Below, piece by piece: positions 33,003 through 43,870 of a stretch of 64,000 nucleotides of DNA (position 1 is the first letter of the stretch; every line of letters begins with the position of its first letter). Origin of the DNA: Blastocladiella emersonii ATCC 22665. Its lineage: Eukaryota > Fungi > Blastocladiomycota. The translations under genes were made by a program, and so were the position numbers. The stretch lies in contig JANHCV010000001.1 in NCBI GenBank assembly GCA_025594325.1, positions 3,782,001 to 3,846,000 on the forward strand. The letters are read 5' to 3'. A model generated the notes under the pieces. The model saw only the letters and a list, made by a program, of their open reading frames with translations, was not told the origin of the DNA and searched no databases.

Positions 33003-34079
33003 TCTATTTGCACGTTCAGATCAGCGACGATCATCATCAGCTCGAGGTCGTCGCCTCCTCCTCGCCGCCTTCCGGCTCAGTCACATCCTCTCGCTCGACC
33101 TCGACCTCGACCTCGGCCTCGTTCTCTTCCTCGTCCAAGGCCGTATCGATCATGACGAGCTCCTCGCCGAGGTAGAACTTGCGCCAGCCGAGCGCGCCGA
33201 GGGCCACGCCCGACAGGAACATGTACGCGAAGCGCAGGCGGTACCACCGCGGCAGCACGCCGTACGTGATGGCGAGGTCGTCGACGTGGTCGATGTAGAC
33301 GTGCGACGCGAACTGGATCGAGATGGCGGCCAGGACCGAGGTCGGCGCCACGGCAACGGACGCGAACGCGCCAACGGGCGCGAGGAAGCTCGCGACGGCC
33401 TGGTGCGTGCGCAGCTTGGGCTCTACGCGGGGATACGAGTACGGGCGTGAATGGACGAGTGCGGTGCGGTTCCATTGCTTAACAAGAAAACAAGTACGGA
33501 CCGAGATCGTAGTTGTTGAGCGAGAAGGTGTGCGCGGCACCCGACACGGCGAGCAGCGCGGCGCCCGTGGTCGGCAGCATGGTCCACGGCGCATCGACGA
33601 CGAGGCCCATGACGGCCATGGCGTGTGGCGCGGCCCACACCGTGGCTATGGCAAGGATCGCGGGCCGCGAGTAGGTCCAGTGCTTGGGGCGGAGGATCGC
33701 TGCCGGTTCGCTTGAAGCGTCGGTGGTGCTTGCAGCGGGCGCAGCCGCGTCGGTGGATGCGTGTCGCTACGCACGACAGTGTCAGCTCGCTCGTTTTGCG
33801 TGTTTACGAGGGTGGCTGGACCATGAATGCGGCGGCGGCAGCGGGTCCGCCGCGGCGACCGCGAAGCGAGCCGGCCAGGGTTACGGCCCGCGCCCGTGCG
33901 CTCAGACCTCGAGTCGATGCATAGAGTGAGGTTCGTGCGAGATACATGGTAGTGATATTTGTGCGGAGAGCAGGGAGGGAGAGAGGAGAACAGGGCACAG
34001 AGGTGTGTGCACCAGATTCGCCGCGGATCCCTGAACTGCGACTCCCGCGGAAAGAACGCATTGCGGCGCAGCGCGTGCC
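33003..34079 (-). repeat. Inverted repeat, right arm
   Basis: Reverse complement of 28298-29368. Confidence 0.95.
33037..33947 (-). CDS. Divergent DUF3429/TMEM69-like protein, copy 5 (same as copy 4 except the last residues)
   Basis: Lies within the inverted arm; ends EEEATTSS* versus EEEASLS* in copy 4. Confidence 0.6.
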
Positions 34080-34182
34080 CACGAGCACTGAGCGAGAGAG
34101 ACGTGACGAGACGAGTGTTCGGTGCGCAAGGAGGTATTTTATACGTGTAGCTCATGGGTATGACACAGCTCGCCCACTATCA

Positions 34183-35996
34183 TCACGCCACGACGCCGAC
34201 GAACACGGCGGCCACCAGCGCCAGGACTATGGTCGCGATGCCCGCGACGGTCTGCGGCGCGGCCACCGACGCCGCCGTCTCGGCCTCGGTCCCCGTGTCG
34301 GCGGCGCCCGTGTCGGCCATGGCCGCGTCCGGCCCAGCCGCAGTCACGACGGTGGCGGCGGGGTCAGCCGACGCCTCGAGAGCGGCGTCGAGGTCCCAGT
34401 CGCGCAGGGCCTTGAACTTGGACGCCTCGTTCTCGTTGTTGAGGAAGGCGGCGAGGTACTTTGCGGGGTCGTCCGAGTTGGCGCGGTTCGGGATGGCGTG
34501 GGCGGCGGGCCACTCGTCGGGGCTGCGCGGGTCGGCCTCCATCTTGTCGATCCACGCGTTGAACACGTCGCACGCCTTCTGCGCGCGCTCGACGGGGATC
34601 TCGAGCAGGTCGAGGCGCCACTTGGGCAGCGGCGTGCACCGGTGCAGCGGGCCCGTGCCCGTGTGGTTGAAGATGCGGAAGTCCTTGCCGCCGCCGTTGG
34701 TGCCGTGGCCGTCCATGTCGCGGCGGCGCAGCTCGGTCGGCGCCGTCGTCGAGGACAGCTCGGCGTAGTCGTAGCACATGACGTTGTAGACGTCAGCGAC
34801 CGTGCCGACGAGATCTTGCCACGGCGGGATCCGGGTGTTGAGGGTGACGGTGCCGACGCCGCCGGGGGCGTGCGTGCCCGAGTAGTCCCAGTACAGGCGC
34901 TCGACGTCGAGCCACTGGCGCTTGTACCAGATCTGGTCGACTAAGGGCGCGGCGAGCGAGTTTCATGGGGTTAGATGTCGATTTCATGGGCGGGGGAGGT
35001 GCGTGTGGGGCGAGGGGGTGGGCCGGAGCAGGGGCGGAGTGAAAAGCGCACCGTGGCTGCAGGTCAGGGAGGTGGCGCGGGGTCGGGGTGGCCGAGTCGG
35101 TCGTCGTCGTCGGCGGTCATACACGCAGTCCGAGCGTTAGTACACCCCTTCCGCGGCGTAGGTACAAGGAGCCGCGCCATCCCTGTGGTGGGCGTAGAAG
35201 AGTAAATCGTTGGGGGAGTACTGCAGCGTCATCATCTGGCCGCCCACGGCCGAGTGGACGTCGGCGTGCTGACCATTCTCGTAGGCGATCGCGAAGTCGG
35301 AGAACGCGGCGTCGCCCATGACCATGGCGGCGATCGTGCGCGGATCGACAAAGGTCGTGGCCGACGTCAGGGCGTGCTGGAGGCACTGGCCGTCGGTCGA
35401 GCGCCAGCCGGCGAACGGGCCCGAGATGACGCACCCGTTGCTGTCGCCGACGTAGCGCGGGCTCGTCGGGTTGAAGATGCTACGAGGGCGAGATCGGGAG
35501 ACGTGCGTCAGTCGTCTGCGCACGACGCTGCAGAGGCACAGGTGAAGAGGGAGACGGAGGGGAGAGAAGCGAGAGAGGGAGCGTACTCGTAGCTCATGAA
35601 CGGGTCGAAATAGGGCAGGCCCTTGACGGCGCCGTTGGTGACGGCGATGAGCTCGGTCTCGAACTGGTAGATGAACCGTCGGTGCCACGCCAGGAACAGC
35701 ACGCCGCCGTGCGCCGGCTGCGTCCACTGCTGGTGGATGGCCACGTACTGGTCCATGCGCCCGGACCGCTTGAGCGCGTTCATGCCGGCCGTCAGCGCGG
35801 CCCACTCGGTGTCGTCGAGGTCGCGGATCTCCTTACGCAGGCGCGGCGCCTTGCACGACGGCGCCGCGGCGTCGGCCGGGCTAGCCGCGAGCAGGACGGC
35901 GAGGACGATGGCGGTCACGGCCGTGGCCACGAGCAGCGCGCGGGCGCGTGGGCGGCGCGGCGCCGTGGACGCCGTCGGTGGTGGTGCGCGATGCAT
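34183..35996 (-). CDS. Secreted tyrosinase-family (type 3 copper) protein with C-terminal hydrophobic tail
   Basis: Signal peptide; RLRKEIRDL, AIH...AHGGVLFLAWHRRFI, LPYFD, HADVHSAVGG, SPNDLLFYAHH, VDQIW, MCYDY. One splice junction is unresolved. Confidence 0.88.
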
Positions 35997-37016
35997 GGCG
36001 AGTGTGTGTGTGATGCCGACGATGGCGAGGAGCGGGGGAGGAGCGAGAGGTGCGAGAGGTGCGCGAGGGCGAGGGGGAGTGTGCAATGTGCGAGGGGGTG
36101 CTCGAGGAGCGATCGTGTAGCGAGGCGTCTCTTGTGCTAAGGGGGGCGCGGGGAGGAGCGATCCGCTCAGGCCTTATGAGGTCCGACTCGTTGGCGCGGT
36201 GCGCGGGAAGTGGACCCAAGGTCGGCCGACCGCGAAATGGCGCAGTCGGCCGGAATTGGAGCTTGACTCCACTCGGCGCACCGCCGCCGCTGCTCGCCGA
36301 GCCACGCAGCACCGCTCGCCAAGAGCCGCAGCTGCACCGGCAGTTGCCGCGGTGCGCACGGCCAGTCACCGCTCCCTTGGACCCAGATCTGCCGCCGGCG
36401 GACGTGGTCCAGGGAGGGAAGGTCGGTCAAGGCGGGAAGAAATGGCGCAGTCGCTTCCCTTCTTGGCATCGGGCCTGTGCGTCCGCGCACGCTCTCAGAC
36501 AAGGGATTGCGATGCCGCATGTGCAGCCGCATCGCTCGGCCGCGCGCGCGGAGGCGGCAGAGCTCTGCTGCCTCGCTCCCACGGGCCCATGGCGCAGCGT
36601 CAACGCGCGTCATACTTGCCTCAGACGGTGTCATCCAGTGAGGCATTTGTGGAGCTCCGACGGGTTCCATCAGTGTTCACGAGGGCCGCGAGACGGCGGT
36701 CTGGACCTAGCTGCACGAGCCGGATCATGGCGCCTCGCATGCTTCACGCTCACGTCGCTCCAGCGTCCAGCTCACGGGCTTGGTGTTCGTCGGCGGTATG
36801 TGGCGACGAGACGTGCGAGACCGTGCGAGCGATCCGGAACAGGGCGCGGGCGCCGCGTCGGGGCAGCAGCGGGACGCGCCGACGCGTTGCGCATCCGCAC
36901 GTGGTGCTGTCGGTGCCCGCGCTCGAGGAGTTCTACGCCGTCGCCGAGCAGGGCCACCCGCCCCTCGCCTTTCCGCTCGCCCACCCCGACCACCAATCCC
37001 CTCCCCTCCTCACACG

Positions 37017-38418
37017 ATGCAACGCATGAAAAAACCGCGATCGCGGTCCAACTCGCCGCACCGGCGCAGCGCGCCCTCGCCACCCGCCCCAGCGGCCCCC
37101 GCAGCGGCACAACCCGAGGCCGACCTGGCGTGGCCATGGGTCCTCGCCGCGTCCGTCGCACTCCGCTTCGGAATGCTGGTATACGGCGCGTGGCAGGACG
37201 CGAACCTGGCCGTGCCGTACACGGACATTGACTACCGCGTCTTCACCGGCGCCGCGCGGGCCGTGTCCCGTGGCCGCCCGCCGTACGACCGCGCGACGTA
37301 CCGGTACACGCCGCTGCTCGCGTGGCTGCTGGTGCCGGGCACGGTGCTCGGCCTCGAGGCCGTCTGGGGCAAGCTGCTGTTTGTCGCCGCCGACCTCGTC
37401 ACGGGCGTTCTCGTCCGCGAGCTCGCCGTCACCGCCGTCGCGCGGTGCGGACTGCCGGCGGGGAGTGCGCGACGGCGCGCGACGGGGCTCGTGGCGGCGG
37501 CGTGGCTGCTCAACCCGTTTGTCGCCAACATCTCGACGCGCGGCAGCGCCGAGAGCCTCATGTGCGCGCTGTGCGTCGCGGTCCCGCTGCTCATGGCGCG
37601 CGGACGGTCGTTTACGGCCGCCGCGGTGCTCGGGCTCGCGGTCCACCTCAAGATCTACCCGGGCGTGTACGCCATCCCGATCGCATGGCGGATCCTGTTC
37701 GGTTACGGCGACGCTCCAGCAAGCTGGCCGAAACGGGTCGGCCGGCTGGTAGCGTTCGGCGGCACTGCGCTCGCCGTATTCGCTGGGCTGTCGGCCGCCA
37801 TGTGGGCCGTGTACGGGTGGCCGTTCGTCGAGCACACGTACCTGTACCACGTCACGCGCACCGACCACCGGCACAACTTCAGCGTCTACTTTTACCTCAT
37901 GTACCTCTCGCTCAAGGACGAGGTCGCGACCGCGGCCGCAGCAGCTGTCCCTGCGGCGTCGTGGGTCGCGCTCGCCCCGTTCGCCGCGCAGGCCGGCGTC
38001 ACGGCGCTCCTCGGCGTAGCGACGGCGCGGCTCGACCTGACCGTGGCCATGTTCCTGCAGACGTTTGCGTTCGTGGCGTTCAACAAGGTCATGACGTCGC
38101 AGTATTTCATGTGGTGGCTGTGCTACGTGCCCGTGGTCGCCGTGTACCTCAGCGGGCGCGTCTCGGCGCGCACGGTCGTGGTGCTGGTCGCGGCGTGGGT
38201 CGGCGCGCAGGTACAATCTGACGGACTTACGGCATGTGGGCGGGATCACTCACAATCGTTCGTGTGTGCGATGGTAGGCGGCGTGGCTGCACCAGGCGTA
38301 CTGGCTCGAGTTCCGCGGCATGCCGACGTTCCGCGGGCTCTTTTTCGCGGGCGCGGCGCTGTTTGTCGTGCACATTGCGATCCTGGTCGTCATTCTCCGG
38401 CGCCTGCCGCGGCCGTGA
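37017..38418 (+). CDS. GPI14: GPI mannosyltransferase I (PIG-M/Gpi14), intron 38211-38277
   Basis: YTDIDYRVF, RATYRYTPLLAWLL, NISTRGSAES, VHLKIYP, YHVTRTDHRHNFS, FVAFNKVMTSQYFMWW. Confidence 0.96.
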
Positions 38419-38478
38419 TAAACAAGGAAATGTGTTCACTATTTGGTTAACTCTCACGCTCCTCCGACAAACCGTCAG

Positions 38479-39267
38479 TCAATCCATGGCCTTGTCAAAG
38501 TAATTCGGGTCGTTCTTGACGCGCTGTACGGCGCGCGAGTACCACGCCTCGAACGCCTTGACGGGGATCCAGCTGTCGTCGCGGACCTGCGTCGTTGGCG
38601 CCGCGCCGCCGCCGAACCCGAACGCGTTGACCGCCGCCGCGGGGACGCCGCCGACCGTGTGCGCCATGGGCGGCAGCGCCGTGGTCGCAAACGACGTCAC
38701 GTAGTTGTACAGGTTCTGTAGAATGTGCGTCGACTGCGATAGTGCCGACGACGCGCTGCCGCCGCTGCCGCCGCTCATGGACATGGCGGATTGCCGCGAC
38801 GACGGGAGCGCGGCGAGCTGCTGCATGACGAGGTCTACAGTGCGCGGGTCGCGTGGGGAAGGGTGAGCGACGGCCATCACTCGGTCTGCGCGAGAGAACG
38901 TACCAATCGGCTCGACCGAGATCCCGAGGTTCGCAGGCGGCAGCGCGAGCGCCGTAGCCGCGTCGGTCATGTCCATATCCTCGGTACTGCCGGCCGCGCT
39001 GCCGTCGAGCCCGCGCAGGCCCGAGAGGCGGAAGATGGCGCTGGGCTTGTCGTTGGAGAGGGCGCCGAGCATCTGCCAGTCGCGGCCGGGCAGCTGGATG
39101 TGGACCGTGGCGGCAAAGCCGGCGGGGAACGGGTCCGAGACGAACACGACGAGGTGGTTGACGCGCTCGGACCCGGCCACCATGGTCGCGAACTTGGTCA
39201 GCGTCGGGTCGACGGGCGCAAAGTCGGCCTGCACGGGCCGCCCGGCGCAGATGAGGCCGAACTGCAT
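38479..39267 (-). CDS. OPI10: Hikeshi/OPI10 (DUF775) family protein, one intron
   Basis: MQFGLICAGRPV, NHLVVF, WQMLGALSNDKPSAIF, GISVEP, NLYNYVTSF, AFEAWYSRAVQRVKNDP. Confidence 0.9.
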   Translation of the reverse strand: MQFGLICAGRPVQADFAPVDPTLTKFATMVAGSERVNHLVVFVSDPFPAGFAATVHIQLPGRDWQMLGALSNDKPSAIFRLSGLRGLDGSAAGSTEDMDMTDAATALALPPANLGISVEPIGTFSRADRVMAVAHPSPRDPRTVDLVMQQLAALPSSRQSAMSMSGGSGGSASSALSQSTHILQNLYNYVTSFATTALPPMAHTVGGVPAAAVNAFGFGGGAAPTTQVRDDSWIPVKAFEAWYSRAVQRVKNDPNYFDKAMD

Positions 39268-39894
39268 GGTTGTCGATGCGTGAGGTTACGATGCGTTGCG
39301 TTGCGTTGCGTAGAGCGTGGAGGAACGCGGACAGTGCGCGGCGGAGCGCTTTATAGCGGCAACGGGTGCATGGCATTCGCGGCGCGTCCAGAAGCTTGAG
39401 GATGGTCGGCGGCGGCCGCGCACGTGGCGCAGCGCGCGGCGCGGCGATCGCTGTCTCGCGCGTTGTCTCGCGGCCAGCGTGCTGCCCGCGGCCCACGGTG
39501 GCCATCGCCGCCGCGCCCGCCTTGGCCAATCGGGCGACATTGCCGGCAACCTGCTCGCGCGCATGAAAGGGCCCACGCGCGCTACAGTAGATCCAGCGAT
39601 GAACAAGGGCGGCCGTCGCGGCGCCGCTGTTGCAGCGACGCCACAGAGCACCGGCTGCCTGGGCGGCCTTTCGACCTGCTGCCCCTTCCCGCACACCCGC
39701 CCTCCACCTCCTCTCTCTCCCCGCACACAACCGCATACGACCGCACTCGCTTCATAAGACAGCGTCGTAAGCGGCGTGAGCCCGCACCGCAGACACCCTA
39801 GACGACCCGGCTTGCCACGCGCGCTCGCGAACACCCTGGTCCCTGGCCGTCCGTCCCTTCATAACCCCCGCCCGCGCTCCCACCACCCCCGCCT

Positions 39895-41528
39895 ATGGCC
39901 ACTACCCCGAAGCCTTCTGCGACTATGACCTCGGGCAACAAGTCGTCCGGCTCGCGCCGCACCCTCATCGCCGTCGTGGTCGTCGTGGTCCTCGCCGCGG
40001 CCGCCGCCGGCATCTACTTTGGCGTCGTCAAACCAAAGTCGGCCGACTCCTCCGCGACGAATGGTAGGTCTTCCTCCTCCTCCCCGACGCCCGTCCCGGG
40101 CGCCCCGACCACCAGTCCCAGCGGTAACGGCCAACCAGCGACTCCAGTCGCTCCGCCCACCGTCAACTTCCCCATCTCGAGCCCCATCAGCGTTCGTGCG
40201 TACACCCTTCTTTCGTCGTTGTTGTTGTTGTTGCGCGCTCGGCGGGCTGGACGGGGCCCTCGCATCGCCCGGGACCCGTCGGGTGGCGACGCCCACGCAC
40301 GCAGCGCGCCGTTTCACAGAATTCGAAACTGACCGACCGCTTCCCGTGCGCGTAGCCATGACGGGTCTGCCGCTCAAAAAGTTTGGCAACGGCGTCGTCT
40401 GGGGCTCGCACATCTGGGGGTACGCCCGCCGCCCTCCTCTATCAGCCGCCATCGCATCCCTGACCCTGGCCCTGGCCCTGGCCCTGACACTCACGCGAAC
40501 GTGTAGCGACAACTACGTGTGGGCGCCGACCGTGGCCGAGATCTCGCGCCGGTACGGCTCGGTGCCGGGCGCGCTGGGCGGCTTCTACCACACGGACGCG
40601 GCGACGGGGATCCAGTACCCGGACGCGTTCCTGGACCAGGCGCGGCAGGCGCGCGCGGCCGGCACCTGGTTCTACGTGACGCTGGAGCCGCGGGCCGTCG
40701 GGCTCAACGTGACGGCCGACACGCTGGCCAAGTGCGTCGAGCTGCTGCGCAAGGCCAGCGTCGAGATCGGCGCGCCGGTGCTGCTGCGGTGGGCGCACGA
40801 GATGAACGGCAACTGGTACCCGTGGTCGCAGCAGCCCATCAAGTACAAGCAGGTGTGGATGCAGCTGCGCGACATGCTCAAGAAGGCCGCGCCCAAGGTC
40901 GCCATGGTGTGGTCGCCCAACATCGGGTTCCCCGCCGAGATCAAGTTCACCGCGCCCGGGTCCCCCGAGTACCTCGCCATGGACACGGACAAGAACGGCA
41001 AGGTTGACGAGCTCGATGACCCGTACGAGCCCTTCTTCCCGGGCGCCGCCAACGTCGACTTCATCTCGGTGTCCATGTTCTGGTTCGGCAACGAGTACCC
41101 GAACTTCAAGAACCAGATGCCGCCCGCCGACCACGTCGCCAAGAAGCTCCGCGAGCCGCACGACCTCACCCGCTTCTACCGCGACAGCAAGTTGCCCTTC
41201 ATCATCTCCGAGACCGCCTCCACCTTCTTCCGCGACGCGCGCGCCGCCGGCGTCGACGAGGTCGCCATGAAGCAGACGTGGTGGCGCCAGCTCATTGCCG
41301 AGGACCCGACCATGGTCATGTGGTACGTGTCTCCTCTCGCGTCGTTGTTGCGAGCGATTGCCGCCGTGGATTGACACGACGACGCTCCGGGACTGTAGGT
41401 TCGAGTTCACAAAGCAGGAGGACAACTACCTCAAGGACTCGTGCATCACCAACAACACCGCTGTCATCAACGCCTTCAAGGACGACATGAAGACGCGCCC
41501 GCTCGTGTTCGGCCCGCCCGCGGCATAG
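39895..41528 (+). CDS. Glycoside hydrolase family 26-like protein with N-terminal TM anchor, multi-exon
   Basis: TM LIAVVVVVVLAAAAAGIYF; LLRWAHEMNGNWYPW; AMVWSPN; PFIISET. Confidence 0.85.
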
Positions 41529-41793
41529 ATGGCGCGAGCTTCCAGATCAGTTTTGGTTCATCTCGCATACACGCCGCACTTGCATATCCCGTCACTCTTG
41601 TGCGTTGCATGAGCTTTCGTCGTCTTACCGGCGTTGAGGAAGGAGAGACTTGGAGACGAAGGGTCGGTGGAGAGAAAGCGCGGCGGCGGCGTGACCCGTC
41701 AAGTCGCGTCGATCGCGGAGACGCCTCGATCTCAGCCCTCGCCCGGCACCCCGACTCTCGCTCCCCACAAACAACAACCCCAACTTATGAAAC

Positions 41794-42576
41794 ATGTTGA
41801 TCGCGACTAGTATCCGCACGCAGACCCTCCGTCGCGGCCTCGCCGTCACCACGATGTCGCGCCAGCGGCTGTTCCACGCGCAGCGGCCGCTCCTGTCCAC
41901 TTCGAGCACCGAGGACACGGCTACCGCGACAGCCACCACCGCTAAGGTCTCCGCCGCTGAGGGCGCCGTGACGCGGCGCACGGACGCGCTGCTGCAGCCG
42001 TGGTCGACGGTTCCCGCGGTGCCCAAGTACCTCGGCCTCGCGGGCCTGCTCCCGTTCCTCGCGACCACGCTTGGCGCGTACACTTGCGTGCCGACGGACA
42101 TTATGAGCTACCAGCTGCTCCAGGCGACGTACGGCGCGTCGATCTTGAGCTTCATGGGCGCGATCCACTGGGGGTCGGCTATGGCGGGCACCGGCTGTGC
42201 GTCCCTTCAGTGCGAGTGAATCCGCGCGTGCGTTGGACTAACGTCGCACGCGAGTGTAGCGCCTGCGACGGCCAACAAGCGGTACCTCATCTCGGTCGTC
42301 CCGAGCCTGGCCGGGTTCGCGAGCCTCAACATGCCGCCGGACCTCGCGCTGCCGCTGCAGCTGACGGGTTTCGGCCTGCTCCTCGCGCAAGACGTGCACG
42401 CGTGGCGGTACCGCGAGCTGCCGCTTTGGTACCCGACCCTGCGCGTGCTGCTCACGTCGGTCGTGGTCGGCACGCTTGGCGCGACGTGGTACGCCAACAA
42501 GCGACCGCTCGCGCAGTGCGACATGCTCGCGGACATCAAGGAGGACGCTCCGCGCAAGGGTTTGAAGAAGCAGTAA
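41794..42576 (+). CDS. DUF3429/TMEM69-like copy 6 (closest to copy 1)
   Basis: The core PKYLGLAGLLPF...YGASILSFMGAIHWG...LPLWYPTLR is nearly identical to copy 1; the N-terminus differs. Confidence 0.8.
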
Positions 42577-42825
42577 CGTGGAAAAAATGTAATACAAACT
42601 ATCGTGGCGCAACGCGCCGTACATGCATGCATGCTTCGGGACGTGGTGGCGGCTTGCAGGAGCGCGCGCGCGGCCGAACGCGTTCGTTGCAGCGTCGACG
42701 CATTCAGGGGCAAAGAAGACCGACCCCCTGACGCCGCATCCGCCGCCCACCTCTCGCCCTTCCTCAAAGGTTTCTGCACTTCCCTCGCTCTTCCTCTCGT
42801 CCATGATCTTCAGAAACACGAAACC

Positions 42826-43870
42826 ATGAATCTAGCACGCAGTCTCTCCATGCAATCTCTCCGCCGCGGCCTCACCGCCACGCCCGCGGCGGGGTCGCGC
42901 TTCCATCTGCTTCATGCGCGGTTCAAGTCGAGCAAGTCGGCCAAGGCCCGCAAGAAGGCCGCCGGTAAGACCCGCGACAAGTCCACCGCCACGCCCGACC
43001 ACCCGGCCATCCGTGACGCCCGCGGAGTCCGTGACCATCCTGCCGTCCGTGACGATGCCGACATCCGCGCGTATCGAGCGGAGAAGGCGCGCGCCCTGGA
43101 GAAGTACACCGCGGCAATGGAAGCCAAGAAGGCCGACCCGTCCAAGAATGTCCTCAAGTCGCTCACCCCCAAGGAGATCGACCTTCTGATCCGGCCCGCC
43201 CCGGACGGGATAAAGGACGAGCGCCGCCGCAAGATCGAGGCTGCAATGGCCAAGGACCAGAGCGACGAGACGTGGCGCGAGGACGCGCTGCTGCAGCCAT
43301 GGTCAACGGTACCCGCAGAGAAAAAGTACCTTGGGCTCGCGTGCCTGCCGCCGTTCCTCGTCAACGCGTACAGCGCGTACACGTGTGTGCCGGCTGCCAT
43401 CTTGAGCCACCAGATGATGCAGGCGACGTATGGCGGATCGGTCCTTTGCTTCCTCGGCCTGTGTCATCGGGTCGTTGTTGAGGTCTATGACGACGGTGCG
43501 CCCTTTCTTGTCCGTTCAGACGCGCATGCACTCGCGCTGACGTCGCTCCCATCCATACAGGAGAAGTGCAGGTCACGAGGCCGTACATCATCTCGGTGAT
43601 TCCGTTCCTGGCCGGCGCCGCGAGCTTCTTCATGCAGCCCGACTACGCGCTTCCCGTCCAGATGGCGGGGCTCGGCTTGCTGTTCGCGCAGAGCATCCCG
43701 CGTGGAGGCGCGGCCACCTGCCGCCGTGGTTCCCGACGCTGCGCATCGTGCTCACGACCGTGGCCGTCGGCGCGCTTGGCGTGACGTGGTACGCCGACAA
43801 GCGGTCGCCCGCGCAGTACGACGTGGTCGCCGACATCAAGGAGGGCTTGCGCGTGCTCGAGATCGAGTAG
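42826..43870 (+). pseudogene. DUF3429/TMEM69-like copy 7 (closest to copy 3) with a -1 frameshift near 43698-43702 (or a sequencing error)
   Basis: ATC ccgcg TGG AGG CGC GGC CAC has only 5 nt where the paralogue needs 6; the downstream frame matches copy 3. Confidence 0.65.

Noticed and set aside
40459-40486. (ccctgg)n hexamer run resembling a telomeric repeat
   Set aside because: Only ~4 units inside a GH26 intron and not CCCTAA; an ordinary microsatellite.
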